Shown: piece after piece, positions 49,720 to 62,150 of the stretch | Layout: the number at the start of each line of letters is the position of its first letter | How positions within the stretch are numbered: position 1 is the first letter of the stretch | From: Squalus acanthias | Taxonomy: Eukaryota | Direction of reading: 5' to 3' | DNA length: 64,000 nucleotides | NCBI GenBank assembly: GCA_030390025.1 | Contig: CM059433.1 | Coordinates: forward strand, 23,376,001-23,440,000 | The notes under the pieces: model-generated | Database searches by the model: none | Told to the model about the DNA's origin: nothing | The model's input: the letters and a program-made list of their open reading frames with translations, nothing else | Translations under genes and position numbers: made by a program

Positions 49720-52601
49720 ATGGGGGCTGTACTGGCAGTCAACCTCACACTCCAGGATCTATGGTGGAGGGAGCGGAGGCAACGAGAAAGATTGGAACAT
49801 GCGGCCAGAGGGAGGAGAAGGGCCATGAGGGCTCTCAACAGGAGGCCTTATCCTCCGAGGGTATTCCGAGAGCACTTCTCCTACCTTCAATTAAGCGAGG
49901 AGCAGTGTATTAGAAGGCTCCGCTTCAGCAAGGAGGTGGTCACAGAACTCTGCCACATCCTGCAACTAGACCTCGAGCCTCAGATCAGGGTCACCACCTG
50001 CAACCATCTTCAGCCTGAAGTGCCGAGTGGATGATCCATATCGGCCTACTCCCGAGGTCCCCACAATCACAGAAGCCAGTCTTCAGCCAATTTGATTCAC
50101 TCCACATGATATCAAAAAACGGCTGAACGCACTGGATACAGCAAGGCTATCGGCCCCGACAACATCCCGGCTATTGTGCTGAAGACTTGTGCTCCAGAAC
50201 TAGCCGCGCCGCTAGCCAAGCTGTCTCAGTACAGCTACAACACTGGCATCTATCCGACAATGTGGAAAACTGCCCAGGTATGTTCCATCAACAAAAAACA
50301 AGACAAATCCAATCCGGCCAAAATACCGCCCCATCAGTCTACTCTCAATCATCAGCAAAGTGATGGAAGGTGTCATCAACAGTGCTATCAAGCGGCACTT
50401 ACTCACCAATAACCTGCTCACTGATGCCGAGTTTGAATTCCACCAAGACCACTCGGCTCCCGACCTCATTACAGCCTTGGTCCAAACATGGACAAAGGAG
50501 CTGAATTCCAGAGGTGAGGTGAGAGTGACTGCCCTTGACATCAAGGCAGCAGTTGACCAAGTGTGGCATCAAGGAGCCCTAGTAAAACTGAAGTCAATGG
50601 GAATTAGGGGGAAAACGCTCCACTGGCTGGAGTCATACCTAGCACAAAGGAAGATGGTTGTGGTGGTTGAAGGTCAATCATCACAGCCCCAATTCATCGC
50701 TGCAGGAGTTCCTCAGGGTAGTGTCCTAGGCCCAACCATCTTCAACTGCTTCATCAATGACCTTCCCTCCAACATAAGGTCAGAAATAGGGATGTTCACT
50801 GATGACTGCACAGTGTTCCGCACCATTCACAACTCCTCAGATAATAAAGCAGACCATGCTCGCATGCAACAAGATCTGGATGATGTTCAGGCTTGGGCTG
50901 ATAAGTGGCAGGTAACATTCGCACCACAGAAGTGCCAGGCAATGACTATCTCCAACAAGCGAGAGTCTAACCACCTCCCCTTGACATTCAACGGCATTAC
51001 CATCGCCGAATCCCCCACCAGCAACATCCTGGGGGTCACCATTGACCAGAAACTTAACTGGACCAGCCACATAAATACTGTGGCAACAAGAGCAGGTCAG
51101 AGGCTGGGTATTCTGCGGCGAGTGTCTCACTTCCTGACTCCCCAAAGCCTTTCCACCATCTATAAGGCACAAGTAAGGAGTGTGATGGAATACTCTCCAC
51201 TTGCCTGGATGAGTGCAGCTCCAACAACATTCAAGAAGCTCGACACCATCCAGGACAAAGCAGCCCGTTTGATTGGTACCCATCCACCACCTTAAACATT
51301 CACTCCCTCCATCACCGGCGTACCGTGGCTGCAGTGTGTACCATCTACAAGATGCACTGCAGCAACTTGCCAAGGCTTCTTCGGCAGCACCTCCCAAACC
51401 CGCGACCTCTTCCACCTAGAAGGACAAGGGCAGCAGATTCATGGGAACACCACCACCTCCAAGTTCCCCTCCAAGTCACACACCATCCTGACTTAGAAGT
51501 ATATCGCCGATCCTTCATCGTCGCTGGGTCAAAATCCTGGAACTCCCTACCTAACAGCACTGTGGGAGTACCTTCACCACATGGACTGCAGCAGTTCAAG
51601 AAGGTGGCTCACCACCACCTTCTCAAGGGCAATTAGGGATGGGTAATAAATGCTGGCCTTGCCAGCGCCACCCACATCCCATAAGCAAATTTAAAAAAAA
51701 TAATTAAAAAACCACAGCTCTCTCAATGGCAGTCAAGGTCACCATCGCCCTCAATTTCTTTGCCAGTGGATTCTTGTAGTCTGCAACAGGAGATAGAGCT
51801 AACATCCCACAGTTTGCCGTCCATTGCTGCATCCAGGAGGTCACAGAGGCTCTCTCCAGTAGGAGAATGGATTACATTTCCTTCCTCAACACCAGAGAAA
51901 AGCAGGACAAATGTGCATGTGGCTTTGCCAGGATAGTGGACTTCTCCATGGTGCAGGGCGCCATTGACTGCACCCATGTGGCTTTGTTGGCACCGCATAA
52001 CAATCCTGAGATCTCCTGTAACCGCAAAGGCTACCACTCACTTAATGTACAGTTGGTGTGCGACCACACACAGCGAATCCTCACCGTCAATGCCCGCTAT
52101 CCTGGCAGCAGCCAAGATGCCTTCATCCTGCGTCAGACCGATGTGCCAGCACTCTTCCAGCCACCACGTCAAGCTCGCGGCTGGCTGGTCGGAGACAAGG
52201 GTTATCCGCTCTCCACCTGGTTCATGACTCCCCTCCGCAACCTCAACACTCCTGCCCAGCACTCATATAATGAGAGCCATGCCGCCACCAGGAACATCAT
52301 CGAGCAGACCATTGGGGTGCTCAAGCAATGGTTCCACTGCCTTGACCGCGCGGGAGGAGCCCTCCAGTACTCGGCTGAGCTGGTGTCCCATTTCATTAAG
52401 GTCTGCTGCATGCTCCACAACTTGGCCATCCTGAGGGCCCAGCCCTTGCCACCAGGTATTGCGGGACCACCTCAGGAGAATGAAGAGGAAGAGGAGGAGG
52501 AGGACAAGGAGGAAGAGGAAGGTGAGGAGGACTGTGAGGAGGACGAGGAGGAGGAGGAACAGGAGCGAGGGAGGAGGCAGCCACTCAATCGGCCTTCTTG
52601 A
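49720..52601 (+). pseudogene. Harbinger (HARBI1-like) DDE transposase, interrupted by the LINE at 49998-51710
   Basis: LEPQIRVTT|ALSMAVKVTIALNFFASG; GAIDCTH, NRKGYHSLNVQLVCD, GDKGY, IIEQTIGVLK; premature stop ~51777; poly-Glu tail. Confidence 0.92.
49998..51710 (+). mobile_element. CR1-group (Zenon-like) LINE, 5'-truncated
   Basis: CAPELAAPLAKL, ALDIKAAVDQVWH, GVPQGSVLGP, FTDD; A-rich tail; TSD ACCAC (49993-49997, 51711-51715). Clade label is from motif recall. Confidence 0.85.
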
Positions 52602-52807
52602 AGGGCGGTCCGTGATCATCTCATCACACTGCGTTTCGAATTAATTAAACCCCAGATCCCCGTTGCTCACCACATCCTCATCATTCCATCCCTGTCGCAG
52701 GCCATATCACAGCACAAAGCTGAAATGACAGACACCACAAAATAATCCAACTGAATTAATAAATTTATCAATAATCAGTGAACACAAATTTATAACAACA
52801 ATATTAA

Positions 52808-54520
52808 CTATTCACCCTTGTGCAATCCCTTAGTGCCCCTCGTTACAGTGCCTACTCTAGTGCTCCTATGAAGTGTTGGCCCAGTGGCTGCAGCAGGGCT
52901 GATGGAAGGCTGCTGAGTGTCCGTGCGGGAGTCTTCAGATGGCCTTGCAGGACGCCCTCGACCAGCTCTGGGCCTGGAAGTCCCGGCTGTAGACTGCACC
53001 ACCTCAGCATGGGCGGCAGCAGTCTGGGCTGGCTGGATGACAGGCAGCGACAAGGGCAATGGCGGAGTGCCAGTGGTGGGAGCAGGAATCTTGAGAGAGG
53101 ACATCAGCTTCCTGCTCCACTGACCCACTGCCACTCCCCCGGGGCAGCGTCTCAGCATCCCTAGCAATCTGTTGCAGCAGATTGCTAGCCTGCTGCGACA
53201 CCGTAAAAGCCCTGGTCGACAGTGGTAGACCCAGCCACGATGGCAGCAGTCAGAGCTTGCATTGCATCAAGCTGACACTGCATGAGAGCAGCCTGAGATT
53301 GAATGCCACCAAGCATAGACTGCATTACAGCACTAAGACATTGTGTTGCTTCCGCCTGTGCTGCAATAGAAGCTGCCAGATCGCCCATCACACATGGCAT
53401 CAGGTCTGGGTCGCCACGGTCTCTCTGGGAGTCAACCATCCTTTGCAGACTGGAAATGATGGGCTCCATGGTGTGCACAGAGCTCTGCGCAATGTTGGAG
53501 GCGGACTCCTCCACGCTCCTTACCATTGCCGAGAGGCTCTCGGGCAGTCTTGCCATTGCACCTATCATCTCCGTGTGCATGCCCATCACCCTTCTTCTAA
53601 AGGCCTTCCCATCGAGGTCCTCATCTGAGTCCTGTGCAGCAGAACTCACGCGCGAACTCGCCCTCCGGGGAGCTGGCTCCCGAGCTACCCTTTCCCCCTG
53701 GCCTTGCTGCAGCCCGCTCATCCCCAGTGCATTACCCCATGCAGATCCTGCTACTATACTAGCCTCTAAAGAATGCGTAGTCCCAGTATCTGAGCTGGTG
53801 CCTGCGGATGAGACATGCAGTGACGCGGTATCTTCTTCCTCCTCCTTTTCTCCCACCTTACTCTCTACGGTGCCCTCAGGGACAGGCTGCTCAGGTGGTT
53901 GCTGATCATCTGAAAGCATAAAGGTGCAAGAGTCTGTTTAAGGTGAGGGGAGGGGGCAGGAAGGGAGAAATGCATGCATACAGCATGATTAGCTGGAAAG
54001 TGCGACAGGCTTGTGGGGTGAGGGGGAAGTGGGATGTGAGAAGAAGGTATAGGGATGAACTTACCATTGTTATCCCCAAGCGGGTCAACGTCGCCGGTGG
54101 CCATGGCGCCCACCACCTGGTGCCCAATAATCTGCAGCACTCAGGTCTCCAGCTCAAACAGTGGTTGGGTGTCAGCTTGTCCCCAAGCCTGTGCGCTCCG
54201 GCTCCCTCCTGTTGTGAGCTACCTTGGCCTGCAAGAGAAAGGAAAGGGTGTGAGTGAGTGTGGAGCAATGTGTCTGAGCGATGTGCCTGCCATAGTGGAA
54301 TAGCTGTGATTGTGTGCTGGGTGTGAGATGTGGGCGTGAATGTTGGTAGGTAGAGATTGTTGGTGGGTGAGTGCTGGGGGTGTGGTGCTTTGAGCAGTGT
54401 GTGCAGACTATGGTTCAGATGGTGGTATGTAACATTTGTTGAAGCATTCACTCACCCTGACCACCTGAGTGAGATCATTAAATTCCTTGCAGCACTGTGC
54501 ATGAGTCCTGGAGACCACAG
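52808..54520 (-). pseudogene. Harbinger Myb/SANT gene copy 2 (exon 1 remnant to 54456, exon 2 54228-54065, exon 3 from 53909)
   Basis: AQCCKEFNDLTQVVR|gtgagt; cag|GCCAAGGTAGCTCAC; exon 3 homologous to copy 1. Confidence 0.85.
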
Positions 54521-55377
54521 TGCTGCCCTTGCCCTGCTTGTCACATATTTAATGATGGCTGTTTTGCTATTTGTTATCTTGCATAGGTAGCTTTCCTGCC
54601 TGTGTGCTGCTTATTCATTATTAGGTTAGGATAAGGTGAGGATTACATGGTGCCATCATGAGATCATCAAAATTTATGGAACCACCACCTCTGTCCTGGC
54701 TGAGATTAGGTAACTCAAGATGGATCAGGTGCATACACACTCTCTAATACTTCATTAGCACATAAATAAAAAGGGGGTGGGGGAGAAGAAGAGGAAAAAC
54801 TCTTTAAGATGTAACTGAACAATATTAAATGCCTTTTCACGTCCACTTAAATTGGGGGCAAGCTAATCAAATGGCAATGTGTGGCCTGTCATTTTCAGCT
54901 TGTTCTCACATTAGCAAGACAGGGCATCCACTCATTTATTATTCCTTTTATTAAATATTAATCAATACATTATTTAGCCATGACCATCGCACGTTAAAGT
55001 AACAATACGTGTTCATGTTTCTCAGCCACATCAGCCTCTTGAGTGCAGTACTTGCAACTACTTATTGGAAGAGACCTATAGGTGGGCACTGATTGCAGTT
55101 TTTATTTGTATTTATCAAGGTGAGGAATTGTAGTGCTATGAAACAAAACCTGCTTCCCCCCTCCACTCCCTGTCTATTAAACAGTGTCAGGAATTCCGTT
55201 ATCAGGCATAAACTGCTCAATCAGCTCCCCTGAGGGCTCAGCCAGTTTTCAGTGAAAAAGTTGATGAGACGAGGAAAAACAATTGCCCCAGTATAATGTT
55301 CTGACCTTAAATTTTTCAATACCTTGTAACACATCAGTGTTTAATTTTTGTTTGCCATACAGCCCCGATTTTAACTC

Positions 55378-57943
55378 ATAAAACATAAGCAATAGGAGCA
55401 GGAGTAGGCCATTCAGCCCTTTGGGCCTGCTCCGCCATTCAATGAGATCATGGCTGATCTTCTGCCTCAATTCCATTCACCGGCCTTATCGCCATATCCC
55501 TTGATGCCCTTACTAGTCAGAAATCTATCGACTTCTGTTTTGAATATACTCAATGACTGAGTCTCCACAACCCTCTGGGGTAGAGAATTCCAAAGATTCA
55601 CCACCCTCTGTATGAAGAAATTTCTTCTCATCTCAGTCCTGAATGGCCTACCCTTTATCCTGAGGCTGTGGCCCCTGATTCTAGACTCCCCAGCCAAGGG
55701 AAACATTCTCCCAGCGTCCACCCTATCAAGCCCTGTAATAATTTTGTATGCTTCAATGAGATCCCCTCTCATTCTTCTGAATTCAAGAGAATACAGACCT
55801 AGTTTACTCAATCTCTTCTCATACGACAGTCCCGCCATCCCAGGAATCAATCTCGTGAACCTTCGTTGCACTCCCTCTATGGCAAGTATATCCTTCCTTA
55901 GGTAAGGAGACCAAAATTGTACACAGTACTCCGGGTGTCGTCGCACCAAGGCCCTATATAATTGGAGTAAGACTTCTTTACTCCTGTACTCAAATCCTCT
56001 TGTAATGAAGGCCAGCATACCATTTGCCTTCCTAATGGCTTGCTGCACCTGCACATTCACTTTCAGTGACTCATGTACAAGCACACCCAGGTTCCTTTGA
56101 GCATCTGCATTCCCCAATCTTTCACCATTTAGGAAATACTCTGCCTTTCTGTTTTTTCTACCAAAGTGGATAACTTCACATTTATCCACATGATATTCCA
56201 CCTGCCATGTTCTCGCCCACTCACTGAGCCTGTCGAGATCCCCTTGAAGCCTCTTCACATCCTCTTCGCAACTGACACTGCCACCTAGCTTTGTGTCATC
56301 AGCAAATTTGGAAATGTTACATTTAGTCCCCTCATCCAAATCATTGATATAGATTGTGAATAGCTGGGGCCCAAGCACCGATCCTTGCGGTACCCCACTA
56401 GTCACAGCCTGCCATCCTGAAAAAGACCCGTTTATCCCTACTCTTTGTTTTCTGTCTGTTAACCAATTCTCAATCCATGCTAGTATATTACCCCCAATTC
56501 CATGTGTCCTAATTTTGTTCACCAACCTCTTGTGCGGGACCTTATCGAAGGCCTTCTGAAAATCCAAATACACCACATCTACCGGTTCCCCTTTGTCTAC
56601 TCCACTAGTCACATCCTCAAAGAACTCCAATAGGTTTGTCAAACAGGACTTCCCTTTCATAAATCCATGTTGACTCTGCCCAATCTTACTATTAGTTTCT
56701 AAGTGCCCAGTTATTACATCCTTTATAATAGATTCCAGCATTTTCCCAACTACTGATGTGAGGCTAACAGGTCTGTAGTTCCCGTTTTCTCTTTCCCTCC
56801 TTTCTTAAATAGCGGGGTTACATTTGCTATCCTCCAATCTGCAGGAATCGTTTCAGAATCTATAGAATTTTGGGAGATGACAACCAATGCGTCCACTATC
56901 CCAATGGCCACCTCTTTCAAAACCCTAGGATGTAGGTCATCCGGTCCTTGAGATTTATCAATTTTTAGTCCCATTAATTTTGCTAGTACTGTTTTTTTAC
57001 TAATAATAATTTATTTAATTTCCTCATTCTCGCCACACCCTTGGTTTTCTCGTATTTCTGGGAGGTTTTTTGTGTCTTCCTCCGTGAAGACAGAAACAAA
57101 GGGCTGGATTTTGATACTGGGGCGGGTTGGGGTCGTGTTATCCACTTTTCATGTTATCCACCCGACTGCAATTGGATGTGGGAGATTGATGCGATTTTCA
57201 CCTAATTGGGCAATTGAGTTCCAGCATGTGGGAACCCATGAACCAATTAGTGTTTTCAGTCTGAAATTCGCCTCTGATTATGTCATCATTGCTGCTGCAT
57301 TGAAGGTCTGCAAAGACTGCCTGGCCTTTGCTGTGAGAGGACCTGGATGCAAAATGAGCAGCAGCAGCCCTAAGTCAGCTCCCAGATATTTTTGCACCAC
57401 CATTCCCAGATATGTCTCCCATCCACCACCACTCCCAGATATGTCATCCAGCTAGCCAGCCTGCATGCCTGCTAGTCAGCTATCCAAATGTGCTCCCGCC
57501 AGGTTTCACATTCGTGGTTCAGAACAGGAGTGCTTCACGTAGAAAAAGGGTTAAAATCACAAAGGCCTTTCAAAATGGCATTATAGAGGCAATTTAGTGC
57601 TTGTTAAGGGCCTTAACAGCCTATCCCGCCTCTTAGAGGCGGGACGGAGTCGGGACCAGCAGACATGATTTAATGAAAATTGCGTGGAGGCGGGATGGAG
57701 GTGGGCTTGTGCCCGCCCACCAGTTTTTGCAATTTTAACCCACCACACTCCTCCAAACCCACCTCCACGGGTCAATGAAAATCCAGCCCAAAGTATTTAT
57801 TTAATTTCTCAGCTATTTCCTCATTCCCCATTTATAAATTCTCCCGTCTCTGACTGTAAAGGACCTACATTTACCTTTGCCAGTCTTTTCCTTTTCACAC
57901 ACCTATAGAAGCTTTTACAATCCATTTTTATATTTTTCGCTAG
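55378..57943 (-). mobile_element. CR1 LINE, 5'-truncated, interrupted by the MITE at 57101-57789
   Basis: Open 424-aa RT segment at 55467-56741, collinear with 14698-16480. Confidence 0.95.
57101..57789. mobile_element. Harbinger-type MITE family 1, copy 2
   Basis: 12-bp TIR GGGCTGGATTTT/AAAATCCAGCCC, TSD AAA; CR1 sequence resumes on both sides. Confidence 0.9.
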
Positions 57944-57944
57944 T

Positions 57945-58190
57945 TGGATTCCCTGCTCAGGCCTGAGTTAATATTACAATCGGTTCTCAATGATGTCATT
58001 TGGCTGCAACATGCATATGTAAAGAAGGACCCTGTTGACTCTGGGCACGTGTCCTTGCTGCCTGCTCAGGAGAGCAGTTTAAAATTTCAGATGTTGCGAT
58101 CATGGCAGCTTTCAGACAGGTAAGAGCCAGGGCGATTTCAACTGCCCACCTGCCAGGTTTCTGTTGAGTGAGTAGGGTTAAAATCACCCT
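57945..58190 (-). mobile_element. short MITE family 4, copy 1
   Basis: Inverted homolog of 60582-60836; a related fragment lies near 3240-3380. Confidence 0.7.
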
Positions 58191-59118
58191 TTTCAGTGAG
58201 CTTACTAAATTAAAGACAATCATAGCCGAATTTCAGGGCAATATCATGCTGTAACATCACATCCATTGGGAATTATAGTGAGACTCAAGCTTACTTCACT
58301 TAGTACTTTTAACAGCTGTCAGAGATAGCAGGTTTATTCTGTTCATCAGTGATTCAAGCCTAAAGCTCAGAAATGGAAGAATTGTATATCTAATAATAAA
58401 AACTGTTGTCCTTATTTTTGTCCCCCTTCCGATACCATTTCTTTTCCAATTTCCCGAGGTTCCAGCCAGATGCAGGAGAGCAGCTCCCAGCCACCTTTAA
58501 ACTAGACACGATCCAATTTTCTGTGCAATTTTGAAACTACATGAATAGGCAATTTACTTCACTTAGACCCACTCCCCTTAATTACATATAGTTATGAAAT
58601 ACATTATTAGACTTATTCATGTATTCATGGAATTAATCTTTCACTTATATTCATAAAATGAATTCTCAGGATCACTCACAGATGCATTCAGAAAATCTGT
58701 TCTCACATACCCGTATTCATCAACCGTGTGATCTGAAAGCCTATTATCAGTTATCATCATTCATTAAAATTCCATAAACACATTTTGGAAAATGTGGAAC
58801 CTGCTCCATTTGTAAAAAAAATATTTTGCAGGCTGCTTTTTGCATACTAATGATTCATATTTAGATCCGTCACATTCATTTACGTGCCTCCCCACTTGTG
58901 TACTTCATGAAATTTATCTTTGATCTAAGCTGGTTTTATTCATGAAATTCTTTCTTGGAATCAAAGCTTCTCCTTCATTCTGAAATTTGTCTTTGAAGTT
59001 ACCATGATCACTTAAAAGGGTAATTTCCAACATGTTTCTAAATCCATTTGGATTGGGGTAAACTCATATTTATTCACATTTGCCCAGTTGAGACAGCACT
59101 TCTGGTAATTATAAGTGT

Positions 59119-60094
59119 TCTTCTTCTTAAGTAGTCCCTCGGAACCGAGGATGACTTGCTTCCACATTAAAAATGAGTTCTCAGGTGACCGATGAGTCCA
59201 ATGTGGGGCCTACAGTCTCTGTCACAGGTGGGGCAGACGGTGGTTGAAGGGGCGGGTGGGTGGGGTGCTTTGGTTGGCATGCCCTTCCTTGTGCTGCTTG
59301 CGCTTGCTCCCGGCGAAGAGACTCGAGGTGTTCGGCGCCTTCCCGGATGCTTCTCCTCCACTTTGTGCGGTCTTGGGCCAGGGAATCCCAGGTGTCGGTG
59401 GGGATGTTGCATTTTATCAAGGAGGCTTGGAGGGTGTCCTTGAAGCGTTTCCTCTGCCCACCTGGGGCTCTCTTGCCGTGTCGGAGCTCCGAGTAGAGCA
59501 CTTGTTTTGGGAGTCTCATATCGGGCATGTGGACGATGTGACCCGTCCATCGGAGCTGATCGAGCGTGGTCAAAGCTTCGATGCTGAGGGTGTTGGCCTG
59601 AGCGAGAACACTGACGTTGGTGCGCCTATCCTGCCAATGGATTTGCAGGATCTTGCGGAGGCAGCGTTGGTGGTACCTCTCCAGTACTTTGAGGTGCCTG
59701 CTGTATATGGTCCATGTCTCTGAGGTATACAGGAGGGCGGGTATCACTACTGCTCTGTAGACCATGAGCTTGGTGCCGGGTTTGAGGTCCTGGTCTTCAA
59801 ATACTCTCTTCCTCAGGTGACTGAAGGCTGCACTGGCACACTGAAGGCGGTGTTGGACTTCGTCATCGACGACTGCCCTTGTTGACAGTAGGCTCCCGAG
59901 GTATGGAAAGTGATCCACGTTGTCCAAGGCCTTGTCGTGGATTTTAATAATCGGGGGGGCAGTACTGTGTGGCGGGGGCAGGTTGGTAGAGGACCTTTGT
60001 CTTACGGATGTTTAGTGTAAGGCCCTTGCTCTCGTACACTTCGGTGAAGGTGTTGACGATGGTTTGGAGTTCGACCTCCGAGTGAGCGCAGACG
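59119..60094 (-). mobile_element. RTE LINE, 5'-truncated
   Basis: VDHFPYLGS..LKPGTKLMVYRAVV..; TSD AATTATAAGTGT (59107-59118, 60118-60129). Confidence 0.95.
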
Positions 60095-60290
60095 TATATA
60101 TTATAAATATGTGTATAAATTATAAGTGTGCTGTGATAGACACCACCTAAAGCTTTTCTTTACAAAGCAGCCGTGTTTGTTGCCAACGTTGTGTTCACTA
60201 ATGTACAACTGTAAGATCCCACCGGGTCACCCGAAAACCGGAAGTTCCCTCACAGTGTCACTAATCACTCTGTGGAAAAGCACTAGTTCA

Positions 60291-60970
60291 CAGCTCCCCT
60301 GGTGTCTTAGTTGGTATAGGCGCACTGCCCAGTGTGGAACTGAGGCACACATGTCAGGACGTTTGCAGGTTTGTATCCTGATCTATGTTGAGCTACCTGA
60401 TCTCAACCAAGACACGGGTGGGAACTCGCCAGTTGACCTGGACACCCTGGATTACGTCAGGGTCCGTCCAGTCTCCTGCTCCTGAATGTGGTTGGGAAGT
60501 GGAACCTAAGTAGATGATGGATTAGGAAGGGGTAAGGTTAGACAATGCTAACTTCCACAGTCAAATAGCCTACTGGCATGAGGGGCCGATTTTAACCCTA
60601 CCCGCTCAGCAGAAACCTGGTGGGTGGGCAGTTAAAATCGCCCTGGCTCTTACCTGTCCGAATGCCGCCAAGATCGCAATTTTAACCTGCTCTCCTGAGC
60701 AGGCAGCAAGGACACACACCCGGAGCTAACAAGGTCCTTCTTTACATGTACATGTTGCAGCCCGATGACATCAATGAGACCCGACTGTAATCTTAACTCA
60801 GTCCTTAGCGGGGAATCCGCCTGGAGTTAAAATTAACTGGGCTCACACATAAAGAATGACCACTTGATTGAAGCACTGGTCGGCAGTCATGCTGGTGAAC
60901 CCATACCTCAGCATGAGTCATTGCTTTCAGAGGAGGAGCACAGAATACTGGAGGGGAGGGAGGAAAAAAC
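60291..60970 (+). mobile_element. AmnSINE2-like tRNA-derived SINE, interrupted by the MITE at 60582-60836
   Basis: AGTTGGTA..GCACTGCCCAGTGTGGAACTGAG..GAGCTACCTGATCTCA..AATAGCCT..GGCTCACACATAAAGAATGACCACTTG..CAGCATGAGTCA..GAGGAGG matches my recollection of the AmnSINE2 consensus. Confidence 0.65.
60582..60836 (+). mobile_element. short MITE family 4, copy 2
   Basis: GGGGCCGATTTTAAC...GTTAAAATT ends; homolog at 57945-58190. Confidence 0.7.
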
Positions 60971-62039
60971 CCAAAAAGTCAACAAAATCAGATTTGTATT
61001 CACAATTGTTTCATTTTGCTTAATAGATTTTTATTCTCAGTTCAGTCATGTTTTGAGAAATTAAATTACGTTTTCTTATATGTGATCTTACTATCCCCTA
61101 TTCGCTAATGTCCATGAAACTCATTTTTGAAACAACTCTGCTTTTGTTTATACATTCCTGATTTTGTTTTTGTGTCGACCTTCATTGATCCATATTCATG
61201 ACGCTAGTTTTCTCTGTGGCCTTCTCATAAATATTCATGAACTTTGTTTCACAGACAGAGGCTGATGTTGCTGAATTTATTAGTTGATGCTCTCCTTTAT
61301 TATATTCACTGATTGTATTCATGGACCTGCTCATATTTCTGTGTGTATTCTGAAAGCCACACCCATTCACATGTTAATTGAGTTAATTCTCAGATTCATT
61401 CGCATTTAGATATTTATGAAACTCAGTCTCGGAGACAATCCCAACTTATTGAAATTCATACAATATAGTATCGGATACACCAATAAGTTAATATTAATGA
61501 CGTCCTTTCTCACAGACAACTTTTTTTTATTAATATTCATGAGCTTCTTACACCTATTCACTTGCGAGACAATTGCTGTATAATGACCAGCTTTGGGGAA
61601 TGACTTTAGACGGCCTTTGATGGCTGGTCTTCTAATATGGATTCAAGTCTGAATTATAAACTTATTATTCAAAATGATGCTAGGTGGTCATTATGGGGAG
61701 TTTATGCAGGTCATGTGCAAGCTGGTTGTCACTACTTAATGGTGGTATAAAGATGAATTATGAGGTTGATTAAGTGGAGACAGGAATGAAGCACTTCTAG
61801 ACTATGCCAAAACATTTTTAATGGCTATTGATTTTGTAATTTTTGTCATAAAATAGAAGGTAAAATAAGAATTCTTAATTATAGTCATCCAGAGGCAATT
61901 TTCAATATTGACTGCAATGCTTTAAAGACCAATCATCATAAAACTACTGCTACTAGACTAACCAAAATTCTGCACCATCACACTAATGTAAGGATTTAAA
62001 AACAAGATGAGAAACTGACAGTAGGGAGAATTTGATAGA

Positions 62040-62150
62040 AAGGAAGAGAGAACTTGCATTTATATAGCGCTTTTCACGACATAAGGAAGTCCCAAAGTGC
62101 TTTGTGGCTAATGAAGTACTTTTGAATTGTAGTCACTGTTGAAATGTCAG
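62040..62150 (-). mobile_element. DeuSINE/L2 3' tail fragment
   Basis: AACTTGCATTTATATAGCGCTTTTCACGAC..TGTAGTCACTGTTG. Confidence 0.75.

Larger units (their letters stand above)
49214..54545. mobile_element. PIF/Harbinger DNA transposon copy 2 (right end truncated)
   Basis: Convergent transposase and Myb genes homologous to copy 1. Confidence 0.9.
58500..61570. repeat. highly degenerate ~35-42 bp repeat array with an ATATTCATGA core (interrupted by RTE, SINE and MITE)
   Basis: Recurrent (T)ATTCAT(GA) cores, e.g. 58903/58937/58975 and 61410/61453/61491/61533. Confidence 0.5.

Noticed and set aside
2053..57789. Inverted MITE-1 copies as the ends of one large element
   Set aside because: Each is a complete element with its own TIRs and TSD.
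58500..61570. CRISPR-like repeat-spacer array
   Set aside because: Eukaryotic context, cores short and degenerate, irregular spacing, and no cas genes.
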